The notes beneath the pieces were generated by a model, which was given only the letters and a program-made list of their open reading frames with translations, searched no databases and was not told the DNA's origin. From Octopus vulgaris (Eukaryota), in the NCBI GenBank assembly GCA_951406725.2, contig OX597817.1:66402001-66466000 (forward strand): a stretch of 64,000 nt of DNA, read 5' to 3'. Shown in pieces: positions 13,861 to 26,620 of this stretch (its first letter is position 1; each line of letters begins with the position of its first letter). The translations under genes were made by a program, and so were the position numbers.

Positions 13861-14779
13861 TACTCACACACACGTGTATATAAATACACACACACACACA
13901 CACATAAAAGTTTCTTTCACTTAGGTGTCAGAAGAATTTCATTTTTACTTCTTCCGAAAATTAGAATAACTGATTGAAGTGAAATGGCTTGAACACTATT
14001 ATCAGAATGTAATGTAGTGAGCATTAAATATGGTTGGTCTGTTAAATAAGCAGTACAATTGGGTTAATGGTTAATAACAAAATATAGTCTTCATTAAGAT
14101 AATTGAGATAACGATTAGAATATTCGATGGTTATCATTCATCATTATCATCATCATCAACTATTTCATTGTCTTTATTGTTATTATAAATCATTATTTCA
14201 GTTTGTGATCTGTATTTGCATAACTGAAATAAGTTTGCTCAATCAGTGGTAACTAGTGTACAAAGATTTTACAGCTTGATACCTTCCCCATAAATGAATG
14301 AAAATATAAAACAAGAAGAAACAAATGAAAGAAAATATTATGGAAATAAGAAACCTGTCAGTCAAACATGAAGTAACAATGCTACAATGTGTGATACCAT
14401 TAAGGCTAGCCATAACTGTCAATAACATTGTTTTAATTTATATAAATATATGCCACAGCTTAGTCTGGTAGTTTGATTTGTTGGAGTTAAAGCAAGTGCA
14501 GCAGAGTTCATGATCTGATACATCCTTTTTGAACTGAAGGTGTTTGCTAAGGTTAACTAAGTTGGTGATGTCTATGCATTACTGATGAGCTCCCATTAGA
14601 CTGAAATATGATCAGAGTTATCTCCTGTACTGGTTGAAAGTTGAAAATAATGGTCAATTACTGATACTGTATTTTCCCTTCATGATATATATATTTCTAA
14701 TTTTCCTTTCTGATGTTCCCTGCATTAAATATGATAATATCACTTCAGCAAGCTAATTCTGATTTTTTTCTTTTTATTG

Positions 14780-15330
14780 GTTGATCTGAAGAATGAGATC
14801 TACCTGTGGACTTTGCAGGTTTTCTAAAATAAATGAGACTGATGCCATTAATGTAGAATGATAGATTGGTAATAGTGGTTAATGTTGGTCTTAGGAAAGT
14901 GGACACAATTCAGATGATGATAGGAGAGGAGATGAGTGAATTGGGAGTGCCTGAATAGAGATGGCACAACTTCAGCTAAGTATAAGTAGCTGGGACCACA
15001 GCAGCAACAGTAGAAAAGGCAGAGAGAAGAGCAGCACATCTGTGGACAAGAGGTTGAAGTCCTTTTGAGTCTGTTAATCAGTTAAATAGTTTTTCTCTGA
15101 ATGCTATCTACAAGGTCTGTGTATAGCAGCAACACCAGCTTAGATTTGGTGAGAAGAGATGGGCAGGTGAGGAAAGAAGAAATTGCTAAAATAAGAGTTT
15201 AGAGATACAAGAAAGATATGATGGGGGTAAACTGCAGGTTGAGTTAAAGAACAAATGTCTATTGATGTAATAGTTTTAAGGAGAAAATGGTTGTAATAGA
15301 GAAAAGAGAAGAGTTTTAATTGGATATTGT
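14780..15330 (-). mobile_element. Degenerate CR1/L2-group LINE 3' fragment
   Basis: SSLCLFY...LAEVVPSLFRHSQFTHLLSYHHLNCVHFPKTNINHY resembles the C-terminus of an L2/CR1-group ORF2. A related copy lies at about 51020-51250. Confidence 0.55.
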
Positions 15331-15369
15331 GATTTGACATACATCAAAAATTTCATATGGAATAATTTG

Positions 15370-15616
15370 GTTTGGCACTTGTAAAAACATTTGAGCGAGG
15401 TCGTTGCCAGTACCGCCTGACTGGCCCCCGCGCAGGTGGCACATAAAAGCACCCACTACACTCTTGGAGTGGTTGACGTTAGGAAGGGCATCCAGCTGTA
15501 GAAACTCTGCCAGATCATGATTGGAGCCTGGTGCTGCCATCTGGTTCGCCAGCCCTCAGTCAAATCGTCCAACCCATGCTAGCATGGAAAGCGGATGTTA
15601 AATGATGATGATGATG
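15370..15616 (+). mobile_element. Short retroposon (family C) ending in a (GAT)n tail
   Basis: Shares AGGAAGGGCATCCAGCTGTAGAAA...CAACCCATGCTAGCATGGAAA..GTTAAATGATGATG with the copies at 18990, 25918 and 51441. Confidence 0.75.
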
Positions 15617-16619
15617 AGACAAGATAGAGAAAGAAGCAATAATCCATGATGGGATAACACACAGGTGCTGCAAAGACTCAAGTCTTCAGAGTTAAAGAAA
15701 ACTTAAATACACTACTGTTGTTTAAGCTATGTTAAAGAATATAATCTTTGAACAAGAGTTTAAAAGTGACATTTATAACTTAAATCTATAGAGATTACAA
15801 ATATTTCACTTGAGACAATTGTTGTTATTTTTAGCACAAGACAGTCCTAATCAAGCAACTATTTGGTCAACAGTATTCCAGCCATGACCATCCTGTCTAC
15901 TTTTCAAATACAATATATCTGTCACTGTTATCATTTTAAGTTTCTTTTTCTCAACCATGCTTGCATTGGTTTGACAGGTCATCTCAGATGAAATCAGCCT
16001 TCACCATTTCTTACCATGATTTTACCCTGATTTTCCTCTTCTCTAGGTTCCTTCCATTTTGATCGCTTGGTACAAAGTTGTAAAAAATTATAATATTTTT
16101 AAAAACTAATAACAAAGTCTTGACATTGATAAAAACAAAAGTGTTTTATTTATAGTGTGCTATCAGTACACTTCAGCACTATTTCTGGTTGACATTTCTG
16201 CACTATTTATAAACATAGTACATACAATCATTAAAATCTCACTCACACACACAGAACATAAAACAATGTTCAACTTTATCTGAATACAATGTTCATCATG
16301 CTTTAAGTACTCGTGATACAGCAGTAAATATGCTGTATCATTAAATTAAATTCTGCTTGTTTTTGACGGAATTCATTTTCAGAAAGTGCTAGAGGACTTT
16401 AATTAATGGAGAATATTTAAGAAACGTCAGGAGCTATTAAACTAGCAGGTGGTTAATGTATTGGTTGAATGAAGGATGGACATTGGGGTTTCAGAAATGT
16501 ACAATGTTCTTACAGTACCACTTCATGCTATCAATTTTTAGTAAGATGAACAAATGGACTAAGAATTAACGTCAAGGAGACAATTTTTAGTTAGGAATAA
16601 AATCACAAACTCATCAATT

Positions 16620-17402
16620 CTGTCGGGAAATGAATGTAGCTAAGAGTAAGGTGATGAGATGTTTGAGAGATGAAATGGCTGGTACGATGGATGTGAGTAT
16701 AAATGGTGAGATGTTAGAGGATGTGAGTTTTTAAGTATCTAGGATCACATGTGACAGTGAGAGGTGTGTATCAGGGCATGATTGTGCTGACAATGTTATA
16801 TGGCACAGAGATATGGGAGCTGAGAGAGGCAGAAAGGAAGCGACTAGATGTGTTTGAGATGTGATGTTTCAGGGCTATGGTTGGTGTGACAGATGGACAG
16901 GATGAGGAATAAGGAGGTGTGAAAGCGAGCAGGAATGAAAGAAAAACTAACAACCAAATTGGATAGATGAATGTTGAAGTGGTTTGGCCACATGGAGAGG
17001 ATGGATGAGGAGTGGATGGTAAGGAGGGTGATGAAAGTTGAAGTGGTAGGCAGCAGAATCAGAAGCAAACCTCAATTTGTGTGGATGGATGGAGTGAGGA
17101 AAGCTTTAGTTGCTAGAGGTGTTGGAGTGAGAGAGGCAAGAGAGTTTATAAATGATAAGAATGGTTGGAGAGTGTTTGTGGATAGATGAGTGAATTTTGA
17201 TGTTGCTCAAAGGGATATGGAACCAGAATGATGCAGTGGGGATAAACCAGCATATTCTGTTGAGTCCCACTACTGATAGTGGGGGTTGCGTTCTATGTTT
17301 TGACCCGAGCATAGAATGGGGCTCGCCTCTTTGAGCTGGGAAATGAATGGAATGCCTGGTGTGTGGCTTGCTGTGGCTACCCCCTCAAAAAAAGAAGAAA
17401 AA
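16620..17402 (+). mobile_element. RTE-clade LINE 3' fragment (disrupted)
   Basis: NVAKSKVMRC..., then LKWFGHMERMDEEWMVRRVMKVEVVGSRIRSKPQFVWMDGV, the typical RTE ORF C-terminus, followed by a 3' UTR and an A-rich end. Confidence 0.8.
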
Positions 17403-17574
17403 ATGGGGAATAGGCCTGGGTATATGTATATGTATGTATTTCACTATGTTGATAACTTCACCATCTTTGACTCTGATAGAAACTATATAATCACAGACAT
17501 GATTTTTTATATGAATAGTTAATACTACTCTTCTTCATCTTCATTTTAAGCAGCAGCTACCTCCTCTACCACCA

Positions 17575-18390
17575 CCATTATCATCATCATTTTATGTTCA
17601 ATTTTCCATGTTTGCAAGGGTTGGATAGGTTTTCTTAAGAACAATATCTCACTACTTGTGGCAGTCTTTTCTTGTTTCCTACAAAATATTCAGCCTCTTA
17701 AGATCAGTCTTACCCAATTCCTCTATTCCTCTTATGTCATACATACTTTCCTCTTCTGCAGGTTCCTTCCGCTTAAATTATTTTGGCACTACTTCAAACC
17801 CATTTGTTGTCCTCCATATACATCACATGTCCATACCAGTGCAGTTACCTTTCTTGCAAGCTACTGTCAATTCCTCTTATATTTAGCTTGTTTTTTTTTT
17901 TTAGCAGTCTCTTTGTGCTTGGTTATTCAATCATGCTAACATTATATAATACATCAAGTAGGGCATGTATGCCTTATTTCTTTCTGGCCTTGTTTTACTA
18001 CCATTGTATTATCACACTTTGTACACAAACTCTGTACAATCTGCTCTTTACTCAAGCAAAACTAAGAGCAGCTTGAACATCAGCTCACTTAATAGCTAAC
18101 AAAAGCTACCAACTACTTCTAGAGAAACTTCCATGCATTTAAAAGAATTCATTTCATGGGTGTGCTTCCTGCAAATCATTCTGGTGCATCATCTACATAT
18201 AAAGACCTTCTCTGTCAGTCAGATTTTGATTTCACTACACCTCTTCTGTACCAGTAGTTTACATTGGATACACCTTATAGAATTCCTACCTACTCCATTT
18301 TTACACACTAAGCATGGCCACTTTCCACATGACAGTAAAGTTGTGTCTTTTTTCTTGCTAACTAAGGATTTCTATAGCAATAGCTGAATA
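17575..18390 (-). mobile_element. RTE-clade LINE fragment (disrupted)
   Basis: Minus strand shows a WYGHVM motif (about 17820-17840) and a Cys-rich CKNGVGRNSIRCIQCKL segment (about 18240-18310). Ends in a family-C-like (GAT)n tail. Confidence 0.6.
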
Positions 18391-18559
18391 ATGTAGTCCT
18401 ACACATATATATATATATACATATAAAGAAATGATGGTTGGTTGAAGTCCTTTTCATCATTAAGCAAGCATCCTAGAATCTTAGTAATCCTTGACTCATA
18501 CACCCTATATTAACAAATTACACTTTCTGATACAATCTATACAATTAATGGTTTGTTTT

Positions 18560-18965
18560 TAAGTTAGGTACAAGGCTAGCAATTTTGAGGGCAAGGGATT
18601 AGTCAATATTATCTCCCCCAGTACTTGATTAGTATTTATTTTATGAACCCCCACAGGATGAAAGGTAGGATTTAAATTCCTTGGTAGGTTTTGAATTCAG
18701 AACACTAAGCCAGAATAAATGTTGCAAAGCATTTTCTATGATGCACTAAGGATTCAGATACCTCTGCATTAATAATACAAGAGAAATTGTTTCTAATATA
18801 AGCACAAGGCCCAAAATTTGGGAGGAAGGAATTGATTACATTGATCTTAATATATGATTGGTTTCTTATTTTATTGACCCTGGAAGGATGAAATGCAAAG
18901 TCGATCTTGGAAGGATTTGAATTTAGAACATAGAGAACCAGAAAAATATCACATGGCATTCTCTG
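18560..18965 (-). mobile_element. Two tandem SINE (family B) copies
   Basis: Reverse-complement similarity to the element at 33253-33462. Confidence 0.6.
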
Positions 18966-18989
18966 CTTCACATAGCAGCCCCAGCCCAT

Positions 18990-19452
18990 CCAAAGTACCT
19001 TGGATTGCAGGAAAGCCTGCTGTGCTTACCTTGGATCATAGAGCAACCTGCTGTGTTTGAGGAGACCTAGTGATTCAAGTACATCAACATCAAAATAAAA
19101 ATCAAATGGAAATTGTAGTTGTGATGCCCGTGCCAGTGGCATGTAAAAAGCACCATCTGAACGTGACTGATGCCAACGCGCCTTGACTGGCTCCCGTGCC
19201 GGTGGCATGTAAAAAGCACCAACTGATCATGGCCATTGCCAGCCTCTCCTGGCACCTGTGCCGGTGGCACATAAAAAGCACCCACTACACTCATGGAGTG
19301 GTTGGCATTAGGAAGGGCATCCAGCTGTAGAAACACTGCCAGATCAGACTGGAGCCTGGTGCAGCCTCCTGGCTTCCCAGACCCCGGTCAAACTGTCCAA
19401 CCCATGCTAGCATGGAAAACGGACGTTAAATGATGATGATGATAATAATGAT
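18990..19452 (+). mobile_element. Short retroposon (family C) with internal tandem units of about 60 bp and a (GAT)n tail
   Basis: Three GTGCC(A/G)GTGGCA..TAAAAAGCACC units followed by the family-C 3' end. Confidence 0.8.
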
Positions 19453-20356
19453 GAATTCTAAAATTAAAACACTCCAACACCATTCTTATACCCTTCATAC
19501 CATCAACACATACCCAAACCATCACCACATTATTATACTAGTGAAAAGCTCTTATAAAAATCCCTATACTTTCATACCATCTTAATGATTCAAAACCATA
19601 GATCATTATCATACTCTCAAACTGTCATCATATTCCACCAACTGATTTCAGAACAGAAGTAAACAATTAAGACTAACTGACCAGATGTTAATAAGCTTGT
19701 ATTGGCAGAAGTTGGGAGTAGAGGATGTCAAAAGGTGGCTAACATACAAATTTAATAAAATTATACAGGCCAATGAAGGAGCCCTTATATGGTTGCTCAA
19801 CATGCTAAAAATAGCAGTCAAATCTCTCTCAAGAACAAAATAAAAATGACAAGATTATTCTAGTCCTAAACACAATATGCCTTCAAATAAGGTAGGAGGA
19901 CCACAGCATGAATACTTTTCAATCATGCGTCACTTTGATCAGGTGTAAACTGGGACTAAACAATTACATAAAAAATTTATATTTACTCAGCAAATTAGTT
20001 CATTAATGAACATCAGGAAGCCCTTTGTATAATAAACATTCAGTAAATTTATTTATTGCTCAGCACTAGAAATATAAAATAGTTGCAGATGAGAAAATAT
20101 TAAACAAGCAAATTTGATTCTTTTCTCTCTTTTATTTTATGTTTTAGCTTTTACTATTTAATCTTTATTATTTATTTATTTATTTTCTTGGCAAATTTTC
20201 ATACAATTGAGAGCAACGACCACAAGAGCAGTCAAACACAAACACATCTGTGGGTGGATATGTGTTTATTTATATTTCTATGTATATTCCCTCTCTCTAT
20301 CATATATGTATAGGTAAGATTTTTTGATTTGTATGAACTCTTAAGCACTTTTCAAC

Positions 20357-20390
<34 letters not shown>

Positions 20391-20579
20391 TATATATATA
20401 CATACATATATATACACACATATATATATATATATACATATATACATATATATACACATATATATATATATACATATATATACACATATATATATACTTA
20501 CACATATATTTACATATAAATATATATATATGGCGATTTTTTTTCCTCTGTCTTCCCTCCTCTGGATCTTTCCTTCTAT

Positions 20580-20614
20580 GTTTCTGACGAAGAGCTCCGC
20601 TCGAAACGTTAAAC
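20580..20614 (+). ncRNA. Minimal type I hammerhead ribozyme motif in a (TA)n-embedded insertion (20532-20705)
   Basis: GUUU-CUGACGA-A-GAGC UCC GCUC-GAAA-C-GUU-AAAC. Stem I GUUU/AAAC, stem II GAGC/GCUC, extra A after A9, palindromic ACGU stem III. Confidence 0.7.
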
Positions 20615-20782
20615 CCTCCTTCTTTCCTGAGCGTCCAATAATACTATATTTGTTCCACGTCCTCGCGTTGTTGTGTTTTTTTTGTGTTATCTTGTTTGGA
20701 TTAACTATATATATATATATATATATATATAGATAGATAGATAGATACATACATACATACATACATACATATACATACATCT

Positions 20783-20856
<74 letters not shown>

Positions 20857-20954
20857 ATATATATATCATCATCATTTAAAGCGGACGTTAAATGATGATA
20901 TATATATATATAAATAGATACATACATATATAAACATATAGATACATATATACT

Positions 20955-21510
20955 TGGAGATTATGAGAGGTAGTGGTGTCAATAAAACCCAAAGGTGTCA
21001 GGTAATGCTAAGTAAGTGCTATAGACAGACCATAGTTAAGTTCCAGGTTAAGTGACAATGCCAATAAGGAGTCCAACGTAGGTCATATATCAACATGTGT
21101 ATATATAAAAAAACCAAGGCTGTGAAGATTTTAGAACATTTATAAATAGGTCTTACAGCTGTTTCCAGGATATTTTTTTATATCCCTTCATTGGAGACGG
21201 TATGAGAAAATGGTTAAGCAATAGTTAATTTAGATAAGATATGAAATAGAGAGTGAAGTGGAGGAATGAAAATAGATGTGAGATATGCAGGGATATTGCA
21301 GTTGTAGATCCATTATTTAGGCAGAATGGTATACATATAAGATTACAATAGTATTTAAAATTGGTCATTCCATGTATAGAGTTTGTACACAGTGCTAATT
21401 AAAGTGACCTAAAAAAAATATCCTGGAAACAGCTGTAAGACCCATTTATAAATGTTCTAAAATCTTTACAGCCTTGGTTTTTTAATCTTATTCTGCAAAA
21501 AATTTTTTTT
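20955..21510. mobile_element. PLE-like remnant with 73-bp inverted repeats (21108-21180 / 21411-21483) and a decayed hammerhead motif
   Basis: Inverted repeat visible directly and flanked by TA repeats. Minus strand 21149-21198 reads GUCU-CCAAUGA-A-GGGAUAU..AUAUCCU-G-GAAA-CAGCUG-UA-AGAC. Confidence 0.65.
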
Positions 21511-21541
21511 TATATATACATATATACATACACACACACAC

Positions 21542-21572
<31 letters not shown>

Positions 21573-21595
21573 CATATGCATACATATATATACAT

Positions 21596-21745
21596 AGGAG
21601 TGGCTGTGTGGTAAGTAGCTTGCTTACCAACTACATGGTTCTGGGTTCAGTCCCACTGCATGGCATCATGTGCAAGTGTCTTCTACTAGAGCCTCGACCA
21701 AAGCCTTGTGAGTGGATTTGGTAAACAGAAACTGAAAGAAGCCCA
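21596..21745 (+). mobile_element. tRNA-derived SINE (family A) head
   Basis: A-box-like TGGCTGTGTGG and B-box-like GGTTCAGTCCC. More than eight related copies occur in the window. Confidence 0.8.
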
Positions 21746-21879
21746 CCACATATATCTATATATCTATATATATGTATGTCTTTTAAGGTACACACTCATA
21801 TAGAAAATGTGACGCCGTCATTGTGGTATAAAATGTTGTTTAGAGTAGTTGAATTAGAGAAAGATTATCATGTTAAATT

Positions 21880-22420
21880 TTTGTAATACAAATATGTAAA
21901 TAAAAATAAAGTTTATTTGTTAGGCGAAAGATTACTGAATCTTTTGATATCCCATACATCAAAATCGGCCACTCAGTTTTCAAATGTCAACTGCTTTGTA
22001 ATAAAAATAAAGTTTATCTGATAGTCGTAAGATTACTGAACCTTTTGATACTCCATAAGTCAAAATTGGCAACTCACTTTTTGAATGCATAAGGAAGATA
22101 CACACACAAACTCTCCTTTATATATATGGAAGTGTCCCTGTCTGTTGTTCTCTCTGTCTGTCTCTCACACTCCCTGTGCATCTATCTCTTCCTGTCTTCT
22201 CCCCTTCCCTGATATCAGCCACCCTCACTTTGCCACATTTCCTTGAACTTATCATGTAATAGCCCAACTCCATTATCGATTTTTATTGAAATCCATAAGC
22301 CTATAATTGAAGTGGGTGTTAGTTCAACATGTGTACAAAGAAGTTTGGTGAAGATTGGTTCCCTGGTTTGGGCATTAAGATGGTAACAGACAGAAATTGC
22401 TATTTATATATAAGATGTAT
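21880..22420 (+). mobile_element. Possible Helentron/DINE-1-like non-autonomous elements with a tandem duplication of about 102-bp period
   Basis: Two diverged copies starting near 21900 and 22002. Segments end in ACACACAAAC..TTTATATATA and AAGTTTGGTGAAGATTGG..ACAGACAG..TTTATATATAAGAT, reminiscent of HINE ends. Confidence 0.4.
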
Positions 22421-22515
22421 ATATATTATTTATAATAAAAGGGAAAAATCATTAATGATTTTATAAAAGGGTCAGCATGGAAATAAAAACCTTATAGGTG
22501 AATTTTACAAATATC

Positions 22516-22686
22516 ATAATAATTATACACATAATTATAACAAGAGATTGGCTATAAGCCTCTCCACGTGCTAGAAACAGATGCCAAAAGACACTAAGGT
22601 GGTATTAGCATCTTTTGGCATCTATTTCTAGCATGTGGAAAGGCTTACAACCAATCCCTTATTATAATTATGTATATAATTATTAT
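22516..22686. repeat. Near-palindrome with arms of about 82 bp and a 7-nt spacer, adjacent to (TA)n
   Basis: 22516-22597 is the imperfect reverse complement of 22605-22686. Confidence 0.85.
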
Positions 22687-22690
22687 AATA

Positions 22691-22743
<53 letters not shown>

Positions 22744-22787
22744 TCCTCAGCATGACCACAATCTAATGACTGAAAAAGAGTAAAAGA

Positions 22788-22829
<42 letters not shown>

Positions 22830-23624
22830 ATGGGTACATTTAGTCTACAAAGAGGAAAAGTACTCAGTACAGAAGTAGAGTGTGATTATTTATTGTAGGG
22901 TTGAGATTACTCTATTACAAGTCTTACAAACATAAATGATGATAGATGTGCACAAGTATGTAACAGGAGGTGAAATAAACACAGTAGAGGTAGGGGTGAT
23001 GGAAGAGTTGAATGATAGTTTCATTTCACCTCATAACCAGATACTTGTTTACTGAATAAAGTCATTTTGTCAAGATAGTCCCATTTCTAATAGAATCAAA
23101 ATACTTGCCAAGTTCTGCCCTGGCAATACAATAGATGCATACAATGAGAAAGTTTACAATGTGAGTAGAGTGAGGGAGATGGGGTGGCTTGTTAAGAAGG
23201 TCAAATCTAGCTTCAGGTTTTATCTTGCTATTTCTCACCCTAACTGGTAGTCATTCAAACAGAAACTACCCTATATATCACTATGTACTGTATGTTCTGC
23301 ACATATATGTAAAAAGAAAATAACAGCCACCATGTTACTTCTCAGTATAGTTACTGCTTTAATCTCATATAGAGATTTTCTAAATTAACAAACTATACAC
23401 ACACACATACATATACACATACAGTGGGCTTCTGCACAGTTTTTTACCTACCAAATTCAATTAATAGGATACAGTTCAATCTAATTTTATAGAAGTCACT
23501 TACTCAAGTTGCTATGCAGTAAAATTGAACCTGGAATCACATGATTGAAGAGAAGTTAACTAACTCCACAAGCATTCCTGTGTCTAATACATACACACAC
23601 ACACACACAAGCTCATATATATGC

Positions 23625-23940
23625 ATGACACCTTGGTCAAGTGTCTTCTACTATAGTCTTGTAAGTGGATTTGGTAGATGAAAACTGAAAGAAATTGCCG
23701 TATATATGTATATATCTATGTGTGTGTCTTTGTGTCTGCGTTTGTCCCCTCACCCCATCACTGTTTGACAACCAGTGTTGGTGTGTTTACATCCTTGTAA
23801 CTTAGCAGTTTGGCAAAAGAGACTGATAGAATAAGTACCAGGCTTAAAGAAATAAGTCCTGGGGTCGATTTGTTCAGCTAAAACCATTCAAGGCGGTGCT
23901 CCAGCATGGCTACAGTCAAATGATGGAAGCAAGTAAAAGA
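23625..23940 (+). mobile_element. tRNA-derived SINE (family A), body and tail
   Basis: Matches the 21596 head region, then GATAGAATAAGTACCAGG...GGCGGTGCTCCAGCATGGC...AAGTAAAAGA tail shared with other copies. Confidence 0.75.
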
Positions 23941-24699
23941 ACACACACACACATATCCATTTATATATGTGTGTGTGTTAATTCTAAATATTGCATACAC
24001 ATGACAAATATATTATATATACATGCATACTCTTTCTTGCTCCTTTTTACACAGATAAAAAAATCATTCTTGCTGAAATGTTTCCTCTCAATAGTCTGTA
24101 GGTCTTTTAGCATTTAAAGAGATGAGGAGTACTAGAGGTGGTAAATTAGGAAGTGGGAATGTATTAGAAGTGTGAGTAGCAAATAAGCGAATGAAAAGCA
24201 GTGTGTGAGAGGGGCAGAAAGAGGAATGAAAGGAAGAGAGTAAAATAGGGTGAAAAAGAAGAAGGGGTAGATTAGGGGACAAAGATAAGGAGGAGGTGAC
24301 AATTAACAAGGTTATTCACCTCCCTTGCTGTATAGTACCATATACAAGTTAGTAAACACTGTCTCTAAGGAGAAGGAAAATAAGAGCACCCAACTAATAT
24401 AAAAACCTGTCAGCCTCTTCAACCAAAACATTTTTGAAAACAACCACTGCTGCCACCATCTATGAGGGAGCCTCCTCATGGTCATTTGATACACTAGAAA
24501 TAACAGCTGTTGAATTGCACCTTACTGATTTAAAGTGTTTGGAGGTGGGGGACTCAGAACAATGTTCTGGACTATTTAAATTTAATCCTGGATGTATGAA
24601 AAGACCTGATGGTTGTGGCCGGAATGCATTTCATCCAAGGAGCCATGCTGAGGAGCCATATATACTTTAGGACTGAATTGGGGTATACAAAAGCAATCT

Positions 24700-25048
24700 T
24701 AACCACCCATGCCACCACCACCGCTGCTGCTGCTGCCACATCCATCACCATCTCCACCACCACCACCACAACCACCACCACTGACGCCACCTCCACCACC
24801 ACCACCACCACCACCATTGTCGACGTCATCACCCATGTGTATAGCTGGCCAGGCAATGTAATCAAGAAGTATAAATCACAATCAACATAACTATAACCAC
24901 TCACCATCCCAACATAAATTGCTGTACTGTATCTACTGCTAATACAAACATTGATGCTGATGCTGAAACTACTGCTGCTGCTGCTACTACTACAAGCTAC
25001 TTTTATCTTTAATAAAAAAACAACATTTAGCAGCAGTACCACCACCAT

Positions 25049-25084
<36 letters not shown>

Positions 25085-25364
25085 AGTAGAATCATCATTC
25101 CAAGTAGCTGTTGCCAATAGTAGTACTTTTATAGAGTAATTTCATCAACTACTACTAATACAACCTCCCCCACCCCCACCACCATCACGAAAAAAAAAAC
25201 ACTGCTCAAATACTGCTGCTACAGTCACTACTTTAAAAAAAGACAAACAAATAGACCCCTCTCACCCACCCACTAAAGGAGCACCACCATCACCACTACT
25301 GGAAACACCACTCCAAAACTGCTTTTACTACTTTTACAAAGACTAAACACATCATCACCACTGA

Positions 25365-25396
<32 letters not shown>

Positions 25397-25400
25397 ATTT
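24700..25400. repeat. Low-complexity (ACC)n/(ACT)n/(GCT)n trinucleotide region
   Basis: Direct inspection. It explains the poly-Thr/Val/Leu ORFs here. Confidence 0.85.
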
Positions 25401-25917
25401 GGTTCTAAGCAATAATGCACACGCACACATGCATCACACTAAACAAATAGTTGGCATAGCATCTGCCATCCTCCACGCTTCTCCATCCCTGCGATCATGG
25501 GTTGCTGTTGTTTTTTGTTGCAGTGGGTGTTGTATGCGTTGTGCTAGCTTGTTGTTACTGCTGATGGTGTCGCAAGTATACTAGCAGTAACTAGTACATT
25601 TACTTCAGCTATTGCCACTTTTATCCACAGCACCATCACCATCATTTGCTTTGTCAGTCCAGTGGCGACTCTACCGCCCCTACCACACTCTATATATATT
25701 CGTTTTTCATCTCTTCTTAAAGGCCAATTCATATCTGAAAGAATTGTAGACGCACGCACGCGCACATGCACACACACACACACATGTAAGTTATGAAGAA
25801 GCGACTGCACTCCATGGAAACTCCAGAGTAACATTCTACTAGATTGGCCTAAATAAACTACTGTAATCTATGTTGGTACTGAGTCCTTCACTGTACTGTT
25901 ACTTAACAACTTTAAAT

Positions 25918-26620
25918 CATCATCATCATTTAACGTCTGTTTTCCATGCTGGCATGGGTTGGACAGTTTGACTGATGCTGGCAAGCTGGAAAGCTGCACC
26001 AGGCTCCAGTCATCTGTTTTGGCTTTGTTTCTGTGGCTTGATGCCCTTCCAAATGCCAACAACTTTACAGAGTATACTGGTGCTTTTTATGTGGCACTGG
26101 TACAGGTGCTTGTTACATAGCACCAGCACCAGTGGTGTTGCCAAGTAAATTTGCAAAACAAAGACCCCTTAGCTGAGAGTGAGAGTGGAACTGAAGGAAG
26201 TGGGTGGTGTCAGAGCACCAAGTGAGAGGTTAGAGTATGATAGAGGGACATCTATCATAGATGTCTTACTGCAGAGGAGATACTTGGTTACCCCAGTAGG
26301 ACAAAGAAGGAAGATGTGTGTGAGGTGGGGCATGGCTGAAAAGGATATGCATGTATGTGTGGATGGCCACAATTTCACTTATCTTGACGTGTCTTTACAA
26401 GCACAGAAAATCACCTGCTATCTCGATCATTTGTCATCTCCTCCCAAAGATCATATCTCACCACTTCATCTCATATCTTCCTGGGGCTACCCCTTCCACA
26501 GGTTCTCTGCTCAATTAGAGATCAGCACTTCTCCATGTAGCTTTCCTCATCCATACACATTACATGACCATGCCAACTCAGTCTTCTCTCTTGGACACTA
26601 CATATGATGTCTCTTATACC
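25918..26620 (-). mobile_element. RTE-type 3' fragment plus family-C tail
   Basis: Minus strand WHGHVMCMDE motif near 26550-26575, with family-C 3' end and (GAT)n at 25918-26060. Confidence 0.6.

Noticed and set aside
19125-19290. Repeat-spacer-like array (also 44965-45180)
   Set aside because: Internal tandem units of a eukaryotic retroposon or minisatellite; not CRISPR, and no cas genes are present.
24572-25139. Poly-Val/Thr/Leu ORFs (also 29658-30097)
   Set aside because: Trinucleotide low-complexity DNA with no domain content or convincing splice context.
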